Positions 26,805-38,400 of a DNA stretch of 64,000 bases are shown piece by piece. The DNA lies in assembly GCA_051047955.1 (NCBI GenBank), contig JBPGPT010000010.1, positions 186,001-250,000 on the forward strand, in the 5' to 3' direction. The translations under genes and the position numbers were made by a program. This DNA comes from Cystobasidiomycetes sp. EMM_F5. Lineage: Eukaryota. Positions within the stretch are counted from its first letter, which is position 1; each line of letters opens with the position of its first letter. The notes beneath the pieces were generated by a model, which was not told the DNA's origin, did not search any database, and saw only the letters and a program-made list of their open reading frames with translations.

Positions 26805-27759
26805 TCACTTCTCCTCTTTCAGGAAGGCTTCCAGAAATTCCCGCCTTTGACGCAACGTTTCGAGGTGCCTTTGCTGAGCTTCAAGAGCGATGTCGGGGGA
26901 CGCGTTGTGAGCGGGAAAACCAGGAACTAGTGGTGACCTGCTGAGAAAATTTGAATGTCCCAACATCGGAGATTGCATATGTTCCAGGCTAGAAGCATGT
27001 GACAGCGACTGGTAGCGGGAGGAAGGGCTGCCGTGTGATGGCAGCGAATGTTGTAATGGCGATGCAGACCCTGCTTGCTGACTAAAGGGCGATGCATGCT
27101 TATAACAATCGATAAGCGTAGAATTGCGTTATCGATTTCAGAACTTACACGAGAGACTGGACTGCCAACGTGCGAGTGCGAGCCATTGGACTCGCGCCGT
27201 AGTCTCAAAATCTCTGCTTCGAGTTCTTCGTCTGACAATATAGACGGGTGCCGAGATGAGTGGGTGTCGTCGCCTGATGCCAAATCAGCCGAGATCTCCA
27301 AATTGGTTACAAAGTGACTCACCGCCATGTACACCTATTCCAGGTATGCTCGGAACTCTGGGATATGTCGAATCAATAGATATCCTTGAGATACCGTCTG
27401 ACAGCACGGACCTTCTGAGAGCCTCTCCATGAGATTGCCTCGAATCCGGACTTTCGTGACCAATCGAAGGGCCGTGATGATCATGGTCATTGTCGAAGCC
27501 GTGCTCTAAGTGTTTGAAGGGCAACCTCTGCATCTTTGCGGACAGTTCGTACAGTTCCTTTTGTGACTTTGTCAGGTCATTTGGCATCACTCCAATGTGC
27601 CGATTGAAGTCAACAGCGGGCAAGCCGACTTGAGTAACATTAGTGACGGAGGATGAGGAGTGCTGAATTAGAGCAACGTACAGCCTGCATGCTGTAACTC
27701 TAGTTCGGCCTGATAACGCGGATCGTGTAAATACGATGGTGCTGAGAGGAGAAGGTCAT
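26805..27759 (-). CDS. Hypothetical multi-exon protein with short coiled-coil segments
   Basis: Spliceable exons: GLPAVDFNRH..., SDEELEAEILRLRRE, and a final exon ALEAQQRHLETLRQRREFLEAFLKEEK*; no family recognised and start uncertain. Confidence 0.55.
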
Positions 27760-28060
27760 GGTTCTGCATATTGTAGATCGGATAGAACAATTCTACAAGG
27801 TGAGAGGCTGTGGAAAAGGGAACAGTACTTTGATGAAGCTTTATATGGTCGATTCTCAGCCCGTGTAATTGTGTCAGACAGAACTATGGCTTTTGACATC
27901 ATGGTTGCGAAGGCGCGAGAAGGTCGTGCCAGTCGCGTAGTACAGCGTAGGAATCGTCATCGTTGTCAGCGTAAAGCCAGACGAGAGTATAGCCGCTCTG
28001 AGTCGCAAAGTATGGCGTAACTGTTATATACGGAGGAGCTGTTTGCTGTCCGTCCAAACC

Positions 28061-29803
28061 ATGCCCCACTGGACAGACCGCTATGCGACAGGATACCATG
28101 CATGGCGTGTCAGAGAAAGCGACAATGCTGCAACTCCAGCGTGCTTCTACCGGCCGCAAGGGATGGTCGAGCAGGGCTTCCATTCCGACGGCGCTTATTA
28201 CGAAGGGCGTGCCGATATAAACGTCCTGCTCGAGGTTGACATATCGAGTCGGCTCACGAAGGAACAGCTTCGCAAGCGGATACTTCTATGCTGGACCATC
28301 TTGCGACTTAATCATGTCCTGCTGTTGGCCAAGAGTGACAGCCGTCAAGATGGTTGGATGCAACCCGGAGATCCTGCGGGAGGCTACTTCATTGTGGAGA
28401 CACCGCAATCAGTCGATGCTGCCATTCGCGATGCTAAAACCCACTTGGTGTATGCGAGCGATGACTACGAGGGAATCGATACTATGGACCTGTTCCGTCA
28501 CACACAGAATTGCGCTCGGATAATCGATCCACGCATAACTTGCTCAAAGCTCTTCGTCGTCATGCGTCGCGAGAATACTTCGTCCTCGACTCGTGTCTCG
28601 TTCCTCATGGTCATTGCCCACGAATGTTCCGACGGCTTGGCAGCCACAAGTTGGCTTATTGACTTTCTAAAGTTGCTCAATAGCTCGTCTGCGGAGCTCA
28701 AAGACGGAGTCAATAGTGCGTGTACCAGCCAAGCCATCAATGCCCGACTGCCTCCTGCACAGGAAGACCTGTATCCTCCATTGGCACCGTCAGTAAGAGC
28801 TCGATGGTCGTGGGCCATCTCCCGCGTGCTCCGTCATGTTCACCATAATATGCCTGCTGCCTTCCCAAATCCTCTACGAAGGGACACTCCCTTTGCGCAA
28901 GCTGTGGGGATGGTCAGGCGATACCCAAAACTGGTCAATTACGATAAAACGCCGCCTCTGAACGGATTTGTCGTCAAAGCTCGTCTTTCCCTTGCCGCAT
29001 CAAAGCGTTTGCAGAAGCTGTGCAAAGAGACCGGAGTGAGTGTTGGTGCAGGCTGCTTCGTCCTCGTGGGAATGGTCATGATGCTATTGCACGAGCGAAG
29101 GTACCCCGCAGAGTCAGATGATCCTCGCAAACCCTTCATTGGCAGCTTTCCTATAAATCCGCGACCATTCTTCAATCACCTCGAAGTACCCGATAGCTGT
29201 ATGCTTGCATTCTCCGAAGGCGTAGTACTGCCGTTCTTGCCGGCATCCCTCGATTTTGACAAACGATTTCGGCTGCTCGTCAGGCAGGCTCATCGACAGT
29301 TGGCGCGCTATCAAAGACGAGCGCCTTCGCAGGACGACGTCGATATGAAGAGCTACATGGGAAGTTCTGGTGCAGGTCGCGTCATATCAATGAATTATCT
29401 AATGATGACAGAACGGATAATCAGCAAGGTGCCTGAAAGCGAGAGGGCAGCACTATCCATGTACGAAGTACAAGGTAAGTACCCGGCTAGCAAGCCGCCC
29501 GGTCTAGCGACGTGCGGTATCAGCTCGGTGGGCAAGACGCCCATCCGCGCGAGTCAATACAGTCTGGACTTGGACGATCTTGTTGGCGAAGATGCCTTTC
29601 GTGCAAAGCCATCGCACACGGTGCTTACTGTCAGGCCTCGTGATGGCGAGTTTCTGTGTGCCATCTGGGGAGAAGAGGATGGCTGCATTGCATCAAGCGT
29701 ATCATTCGATGGGAATGCCATAGACGAGGAACGCGCCTTGATCTGGAAAGAAACCATGGAGACTATCATGGAACCGTCGCATGAGCCGTCAGTACATTTA
29801 TAA
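28061..29803 (+). CDS. CoA-dependent acyltransferase (alcohol acetyltransferase/condensation-like fold), intronless
   Basis: 580 aa ORF with HxxxDG catalytic motif (AHECSDG), FPINPRPF and GISSVG motifs. Confidence 0.75.
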   Translation: MPHWTDRYATGYHAWRVRESDNAATPACFYRPQGMVEQGFHSDGAYYEGRADINVLLEVDISSRLTKEQLRKRILLCWTILRLNHVLLLAKSDSRQDGWMQPGDPAGGYFIVETPQSVDAAIRDAKTHLVYASDDYEGIDTMDLFRHTQNCARIIDPRITCSKLFVVMRRENTSSSTRVSFLMVIAHECSDGLAATSWLIDFLKLLNSSSAELKDGVNSACTSQAINARLPPAQEDLYPPLAPSVRARWSWAISRVLRHVHHNMPAAFPNPLRRDTPFAQAVGMVRRYPKLVNYDKTPPLNGFVVKARLSLAASKRLQKLCKETGVSVGAGCFVLVGMVMMLLHERRYPAESDDPRKPFIGSFPINPRPFFNHLEVPDSCMLAFSEGVVLPFLPASLDFDKRFRLLVRQAHRQLARYQRRAPSQDDVDMKSYMGSSGAGRVISMNYLMMTERIISKVPESERAALSMYEVQGKYPASKPPGLATCGISSVGKTPIRASQYSLDLDDLVGEDAFRAKPSHTVLTVRPRDGEFLCAIWGEEDGCIASSVSFDGNAIDEERALIWKETMETIMEPSHEPSVHL

Positions 29804-29969
29804 TAGCCATAGTCAAGTTTAGGTCAATTTAGTGGCAGTAACGTCGAAGGCTTTAGCATCGCTGCAAATTATGTAGGTCAGAGAGTTATGGAGGCAGAAT
29901 AGAAGAACGCATTCAGACAACAACAGATACTGCCACTGCCTTAAAACGAAATGAATGCATCTAAGCGGT

Positions 29970-30529
29970 CTATGGCGTTACTGCGCAATTGATGTGAAGA
30001 AGAGGAGCCTGGCTTCTGAAGTCCAAAATCTGTCCCTTGTAGTATTGAGTCTCATCAATGACGAGGTTGAAGTCACCGCAGGCACCCTTTGGTGTTTTGA
30101 GGAAGGCTTGGATCTTTCCAGTGCTTGGGTTTACGGCTTCACCATTGGACAGCTGTGAAGCAAGGAAAGGGTAAGCTCCCGCATGAAGTACTCTTGTGAG
30201 AGTAAAAGCTTACCAGGTAGGTGGACTTGCCATCCGGCGAAACGAGGCTGGCTGCAATTCCGTATGTAGCAGCGTAGGTATTGCCGTAGTTGATATTGAC
30301 TGGAATGTATTCAACCCAGATGCCGCCGTTGCCGGTATCGGTGGTAGTGATGGTTGTGCCTCCAGATGGCGATGTCACTGTCAATGAATCTGTCAGTTAC
30401 CAACTTCCCTACCGAATTTTGGTTTGGCTTACAGTAACCGGATGGACCAGCATCACGGGGAACGGAGGGCGCAGCAGAGACGCTGGCTACGAAAGCGACG
30501 GCGGCAGCGGTAGCAGTGATGAACTTCAT
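29970..30529 (-). CDS. Small secreted protein (~145 aa, 3 exons), unknown function
   Basis: Signal peptide MKFITATAAAVAFVASVSA; spliced ...VTSPSGGTTI...SLVSPDGKSTY...GACGDFNLVIDETQYYKG...HINCAVTP*; two Cys. Confidence 0.72.
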
Positions 30530-31133
30530 TGTGGGAGTGTGGAGAATGGGTGCTGTCGGTTGGACGCAATGGAGCCGTAAGAGGGGCTGGAGTGCTTATT
30601 TGTAGGAGCTGATGATGAGAATGAAGAAAGAAGAGATCTTAGCCATCAGCGCCAGACCTTTTGTACTTTCCACAGCTTTGCGTGTCGACTGCTTGCAGCT
30701 CAGCCTTCAGGCACGACACTGCCCACGCTACAGACTCGGCCCGATCAATGACGCCGAGCGGTGCGAAGGCGAAGTCGCGTCTAGCGTATCATGGTGAAGC
30801 CTGCGTTTTAACATGCCCTTGTAAACTCAGTTTGACCGTATAAGCAAAGGATTGTGTGGAACGCCTCGAATAAAGTAATTGGATTACACACTGTCAGGCT
30901 TCCTGCCTGAATGGAAATGTGAGTTTCTGGCTGGAGAGTCAGCGTCTTGTCTGAGCCTACAATGACAAAGTCTGTGTTAGATGAGTAGCAAGTCATGATA
31001 GAGTCACTAGATTCCCTTTAACTGGGACGATTTTTCTCCTGCTCGATCGCCTGGTCCACTTTGTTCGTCACCGGCGACTACGCCGTCTGTTGACGCGACT
31101 ACTATTCTGCACGGACGTCCATGCGAGGTCGCG

Positions 31134-33057
31134 ATGATGCACGACATTCAGCAGACACTGTCCGACCTGCTGTCGCTCAAGTCGACCAGCACTCAGATAT
31201 CGGATGCCCTATCAAAGCTGAACGCCAGCCTCACTCGTCTCGCCCTGGGTTTGGCAGACAGCTCAAGCGGAGATGCTATCGAGGCGGCATCGTTCATCGC
31301 AGCGCAAGATGGTTTTGTCCAGAACGGTGAGCTTCAAGTATTCCATTTGGACATGCTGCGGGTTCTGACTGCATGTTGTCAGTCACAACCAGATTGATCG
31401 AGTTTGTTGCTCGGAGTCTGTTGCGACTGCAGAACCACAAGTATGGTGGTGAGTGTTATGCAAAGAACACATATTGTACCGTACTGAATCATGCCTTCTC
31501 AGACGACTTTCAGGCTGTTTTCGTTCAGCTCGGTCAGGCGATGAAATTGCTGCAAGGCTTCCTGCTACTGCACCGCGCGAGTCGTGCACTCTTTGGTATC
31601 GCATGCAACATGGAGGTGCGCTTGTCTCGAGTCACCGTACAGCTGCTGGAGACTGACCGTATTCGCCCCAGCTTCTTCTGACATGCCTCACATTGCCGGA
31701 TCACTCGGCGCCTTTGCCTACTAAAGTATCGGCTTTTGGTCAATCTACCACCATATCCTCATCTCCCTCCTTGACTTCCATCCCATTCAGCTTTGGCGCA
31801 CGAGCAAGCGGACGGGACGCGTCTGACACTCCGCCGCCTACTCTATCCGAGTTGACGTTGGAAACTTTACTATGCGCACTGGTCGATACACCCGACAATG
31901 TGCGCGTTTTCGAAGAATTGGGGGGAATTGGCGAAGTCGTCAAGATTCTTCGAGGCAAAATAGATGGCGGAAAGCCCGCCAAGATGAAGGCTTTGGAATT
32001 CTTGTACTTTTGGCTATACCCGGACACAGAATCTCCGCCGTCTAGTGCAAATTCACTCTCGACGCCGACACTTGTACCTCCAATCACGCCCACCACACCT
32101 ACCAATCCTAATCGCCGTGTGTCTGCTCGGACTTCGCTGGCTATTCGTTCGTCTGGGCAAGTCCGCCGCCCCTCTGCTGATCAGCGACTGCGATCGATGC
32201 TTGAGTCTGCCCACAGTGGTTGGTCGCCGCAGACTCCGTCGAAACCAGTGCGGCATTCAGACATGCTTCATCCTGCACTAGCAAGGTCTGAATCAGGCAT
32301 AGCGCTTTCGCCTACGAAACGTCACTCGCGTTTGGCTTTCACACACGAAGAAGAAGGCGAGAATGAGGACCCTATCGATGTCCATGCCAGTCCAAGAAAG
32401 AAGACGTCAAGTAGCATGTATGGTCTAGCAGAGTACGGTGCTCCAGTGCGACATCTTGAGCATTCGCCCGAAGTAGTACGACGACGCTCAGTTTTAGGTG
32501 TCTCTGCACTTGGCGCTGCTTCTCGCTTCAACCGGACACCGCATCAGGCGGAAAAAGTCGATAGTAAAGTGCAACTCAGTCGCCACCAACGGCGTTCGTC
32601 TTTGTTCACTCATTCAAGTGGATATCGCGATGAAGACTCCGACGATGGCTTCAAATCTCCTCGCCCGCCACCTCATTCACCTCTGCGCGGTCTCCGAAAT
32701 TCGCCCTCTACTCCACAAAGTCAGCATCGTCGGATGAGCACGAGCGGACTCCCGACCTATATGTTTCCGAAAAGTCCGTCTGGACAGATCAGCTCGAGGC
32801 CACCTCTGTCACGGTCGTCCGTTTTGGCACAGTCAACAAAGGACCTGCCAGGCGGAACAGGTGTGACCAGAGGGCTGTTTGCATCACTCTCACCTGCGAT
32901 GAGTAGTGACAGCGGAGCCAGTCCACAACAGACTCAGGGTCACTGGACAGATGCGCAGTTGACGTCCATCACGCAACATCGCCGACAAGTACTGGCAAAG
33001 TATGTTGGCAACGTCGATCAGCTTTTGGAGCGCTTTCAAGTCATGAGGGTTGTATAG
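31134..33057 (+). CDS. Septation initiation network component Cdc14 (S. pombe type; not the phosphatase)
   Basis: LLQGFLLLHRASRALF..NME, LETLLCALVDTPDNVRVFEELGG and KMKALEFLYFWL match the SIN Cdc14 family; long disordered C-terminus. Confidence 0.8.
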
Positions 33058-33304
33058 GATGTTTGACACCCAAAATCACCCATTTCTCCGTATGTACGCG
33101 AGCCAGCAGACGTGACTTGATAATTTGATGTTACTTCACTGCTGCTACTATGCTGCTATTCTGTATGAAGAAAATTGCACACTGGATGCAAGCTGTCTCG
33201 AAAATGTACTAGATACACTGTTGCTTGTTTTCCGTATATGTGAAGCTCCGTTTGATAAATTCTGCATAATATGCTGCTGATATTAGAAATCGACGCATGC
33301 AAGT

Positions 33305-35431
33305 CTACCATTGCCCGGATGGTACATGGCTCTGATGCAAAGGCGATGACTCTGCCTGCGGCAGGATACCTCCTACTTGATGCCCGATGATAGTTTCGTT
33401 GCCTTGCGCAAAGACTGCTGAAGTTTGCGTATGTGGGGAACCAAGCGTAAAGTCTGTCGTAAAGGGCGAAGGTGGCTCGACTGATATGACGGACAAAGTT
33501 GGAGACTGGGACGACCACTGACTTTCGTCCCAATACTCGGGTGGTAGCGGCGGAGCGTACATGCTCTCTTGATGCTGGGGAAGCTGCAAAACTGCTGGCT
33601 GATTCATTTCAACATATTGATGCATGCTTGGATGGACTACTGCCGGACCGGGGAGCGGACGGTAAAAAGTCGGCAAAGGCATTCCTGCAGATGCCACAAT
33701 GCCGGATGCGGGACTTAGGATTGCATTTTCTTGGTCAGAAACGCTGTAGCTCGTCTCTGCTGGAGTATATGGAAGGGCTTGGTCAATAGTCGCGAGAGGC
33801 CATTGATTCGTCATTGTAGCATACTGCGTCTCGGCAAAGTTCGGAGAAACAGGAGCGCTGACTGGATACCGGCGGAGATTGCCCTCGTTATATAGACCGG
33901 AGCTCCCTACTTGCGGTAGGTCTCTGACCTGCATACCTAGGCGAGCATATCCAGTGGGGTCGAGGTACGATGTGCTTGATTGAATGGGAGGAAACGTTAT
34001 CTGCGTAGGTCCTGCCGAGCCAGCTGCGCTGCCTGCCATGCTGTGCGAATATGATCGGTCGTCATCGCCGTCACCCGACGAAGACGCGGTAGAGTGCGCG
34101 GCAGAGCGACGCGCAGCATCTATGTAAATTGCGCTACCGAAAGGATCGCCGTGTTCGACTACAGGCGTATACCCTTCAGCTCCTGTCGCATGCGAAAGGG
34201 CTGAATAGGAGTGTCGATGAACAAGGACGCGGGGATGTTGCAGATGTTGCTGTTGCGGGGGCTGTACGTTGAAATAATGCTCATCTGGTTGTGGCCGGGT
34301 GTTACCGAAAGCAGACCTAGGCCTGTCAAATATAGATGGGGATGGAAGTGGTGAAGTTTGCCACGCCGAGGCGGTTGCAGCAACGCTGGAGCTGGCAAAA
34401 GTGGAGCCGGAAGCTGACAAAAGCCCACTCTGGGTAATTGGTTCTTGAAATCGATATCGCACAGGCGAAGGAGCAGGATGAACTCGTAGGGCAACCTCCT
34501 GACCCTGCCAGCCGGGAATAGCTTGACCACTGTTGTCGTACCGGCCGACGCCCTCTGCGCCAGGGCTTCTGGTTTCAAGCGAGATCGATCGTGGAGGGGA
34601 AGTCTCTGAGTAATCCTTCGTCTTTCCCTTCACTCTGCCTTTACCCTTGATCGGAGGCAACTCGGTAGAAGACCCTGCAACCTTGATTGGGCCTGGAGGC
34701 TTTCTTTTCCGTGGGACACGCTGTATGTGGTTTCGGTAACTGGACAGGAGACATATTACGATCAGATATGATGCGAAGGAGACAGAAGGCTCTTCGACTT
34801 GCTGTTGCAACATGTTGTCATGCCGAGCGAACCGAGATCCACATTCTGGAAACGTGCATTCGAAGCGCTTCTCGCCAGTGTGTACGCGTATATGCCTTGC
34901 TAAGTGCCCAGAGCTGTCAAAGCATACACCCTTAGCACTGGCTCATAGGCACTACTCTACCTGAACAGCTGCCTTACTTCTGAAAGCTCTTATCACAGCC
35001 TGGATAGGTGCATGCATGTTTACGTCTTGCCGCAGGTAGTGACACGCGGTTTGATGTCGATGCCACCGGACTTTCAAGGGGGAAAGAGACAGCCGGTGAG
35101 GTACTTTGCGGATTTACGGCTCGCGAGGGTTCAGCCAACAGGCTTGAGGATTGCCGTGAAGGTGGGAATGGTCTTTTCGTGCTAAGACTAGAAATGCTGG
35201 AAGACGATTCTATAGTTTAGAAAAGAGCAATCTGCAAATCAGTACTTCGTGAAATCGTCACAGACCAAGATGACCTCGACAAGGATGAGGTGACGCACCC
35301 TCCGGAGGGGATGGCGCGCTGAAGGCAGCTCCCGGAATTGTGCGACCATAATTCAACGCGCCATTCTCATCGAAGACTTCCAAGGTTGCCGTACGGGGAG
35401 ACGATGTGTATATGGTGTCTTGATCGTCCAT
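33305..35431 (-). CDS. Nrg1-like two-finger C2H2 transcription factor
   Basis: Spliced: [62 protein letters not shown] and RHDN are Nrg1/2 hallmarks. Confidence 0.85.
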
Positions 35432-38400
35432 GGAGCCCACTTGCTGAAGGTATCTTACTATGCAAGCATGGAAAGATCTTGGGAAGTCGTGATTCTCGGG
35501 ATGGGCTTTGTTTGCGAATCTGTTCAGTGTCTAAAACACAGATGCTTTGTGTCGATTCTGCCGTTCTGTGAAAATGCAGCGTCGGTTCTGAGGAGTATCT
35601 CTGACCGACAAGGCTGCCGCATCTTGATAGTGGGGGCTATGTCAGCTTTCCTGGAAGAGAAACAGGCTGTCCAGCAACGCACCAGCAGCTTTCTAGCAGC
35701 AATCCGTTAGCTTTAGCGTGCTGTAGCTGTCGAATGATGGGTGTTTTCCTGCAAGGCAGTGAATACCGGTAGGTTTGGCGATGTAATTGAGTTGTTTTTC
35801 ACACGTGGCCAATTGTCGAAACTCCGGATTTCAGGGGGTGGCGGCGGTCAAGAACGCTTGGAAGAACTGCATTTGACATGTACGCCAGCTTACATCAGCT
35901 ACGACTGCCGCACACTCATTGAATAGTTTCGGATGTGCGAATGTGCTTGCACGAAACAGCTGCAGAGCTTGCGACAATGCACACCACAGCTGCTTACGCC
36001 CGACTTGATGCCGGCTGCCGATCGTCAAGAAACTGAGACAGGCGTGGTGGAGACTCGGAATGATATCGCCATGCCCGCCTTTCGTTTCGCGATTCGTGCA
36101 GCCTCGTCGTGACCATCGCAGCTCGTGAATGCCGTGCATAACCTCGGTGTGTTTCGTATGTACGCCGGCCGCCGTAACGTCACTTCGACGTTGAAATGTC
36201 CGCATGCTGCTGATGCGAAGACGGGTTTATTGCTCACCGGAGTATAACTACTTGACTCGACACTTGATCTTGCTGATGCAACGTTTACTTTGCAGAACGG
36301 CAGAAATTCACTGAGCACTGCACCGCAACCGAAATTAGCTAGCTTTCTGCCATCTTCGAACAAGCAGCACGGTCAGAAGGCTGGAACGCATGACAGCGAT
36401 GAGCGGTTGCGGTCTATACAGTATCGCTGATCAAAGTCTGCGCAGCAGCTGTACAGCGCCTACGCTGCCAAAAGCAAGACTTTCTGGTCGTTTGACAACA
36501 GCGGTCATATACGCGTGATGGTGCCTGAGAAAGCCGCCCATGCAGCATTTTGCTTGAGAAGTATGCATGGCTTTGGCGACCACGGTATGGAGGTAGGAAT
36601 GCAGATGTCAAAGGATTCGGATGCGAGCGTTCCTTGTTCTGAAGTTCCTTGCAGTAACTTAATCAAGGCATGATGGATGGGACGTGGATTTCGATCGTCG
36701 CGTAAACAAACCGAATTATAAACTAACGTTTTTCCTTCCGCCGGCAAGTCTGTAATGCGAAATTTGTTTACAGGACAACGGAGATCCATACTAATCAGTA
36801 TATTGCTGATGACCATAAATGGTTCAGGTGACAGCTGTCCTGGCAATTAGTACTTACCAAATACGACGCCTTGATTTACGTTGAACCACCCTAATGATAG
36901 TTGCTGACACACCGGATAGGACAGACTGATGTAACGTTCCAAGTTGATAACCCATGCAGAGGATGGTCGGATGGCCCGGGGCGACAAAATAAGCAAGTTA
37001 GCGCTTTGAGTATCCCATCACGTCGAGGCGTACCCACGAGCACTTGAGACAGTGGTCGCACAGGACTGCCTGACGAAAGATCGGCACTTGAACTCCGCCT
37101 CCTCTGACTGATATTTTCCTTGACCGTTGGAGGAAGTTCTTCGCGTCGTAATCAATTATGGATTTCCCGAAATGCTGATTGTATGGTGGTAAGGAAGGAC
37201 GACGCAGACACCGGCCTTCCTTCCAGCAGATGAGCGCTAGTCTTGATCGTGACGCCGCCGCATCGGGACGCTTACCGGACTCAGTCTCCTACAGTGCTCG
37301 GAACTGCCAATTTCTAGCGAACCGCCTCCCCAAACGGTCTTGGCGGAGGTGGCCGTACTTACGAGGGCTTGACGCCCTTTTTAACCCATCCACTTCCAAT
37401 CACATCGCTTAGGGCAGATTTTATTGCATCACGTCTTCTGAAAGACCCGCTTGCAGTAAAGGGTCCATGCCACGTTGCGGGAGACCGCGTGAGCGTCTGT
37501 CTTGCCTAAGGTAAGCATGTTCTGTTGACTGCATGACCGCCTCCCGCTTCGTTTCGGAGCTGGTGTAACGGTTTGCTACCACGAGGTGGATGGCCAGCTT
37601 TTGACGCCACACCTCCGGACGCACAGAGCGCCCATTCCGACGGCAGAAGACGTTGACTCCGCCACTTCAGAAGATGAACAAGCTGTCCGAGCGTCGAATC
37701 ACGTCCAGCATTTAGTCTGAGAGCGAGGGCCAGTGCTAGATACTAACATATGCATCCTAGATGAAGTCTCGCAATTTGGACACATACCACCCACGTCAAA
37801 CTTCTGCCAGTGTCCGCTTCACCTGTAACCACACAGAGGCTGACGAAACTCCTCACACTCTGATTTGCAAATCCGTGGCTGTCACACATCTCCGTTTCGT
37901 CAGCACTTTACCTGGCTTGGGCGCATGTGCTGACGCGATTGGGCGATTAACGGACGGCTTCTCCTTACCTAATACGGACCGCTATCGAGACTCGGAACAT
38001 TCGAAGGTCGTTGGGACTTGCTCGACCCGCGGTCGACGTCGACCATGCGCGATCTCATGTAGCAGCTGCAGCCCCGAGGATGCGTGCACGATATGGCAGC
38101 AATATGGCACCGACTTAGACTTCCCATGGCTGCAGGACAGAGCGTGCAGACCATGTGAAGAGCCTTAGGGGCAGGGGAGCAGCTCGCTCGCTCACTCAAT
38201 GGCAGAAATCGCGAATTAGCAAATTCGACTGCAGCTGGACTTCAGCAATGCTTATAAAATTGACACGTCTAACTTCCTAAGAGTGCGCGTCGATTATGCA
38301 TTCTCGTCAAACAGAGAACAGACGTTGTCAGACTAGAGGTCTGTGCGCAACGCTACTATGTCTACGATCCTTCTGTACTACCATCCAATTGCGAATTGAA

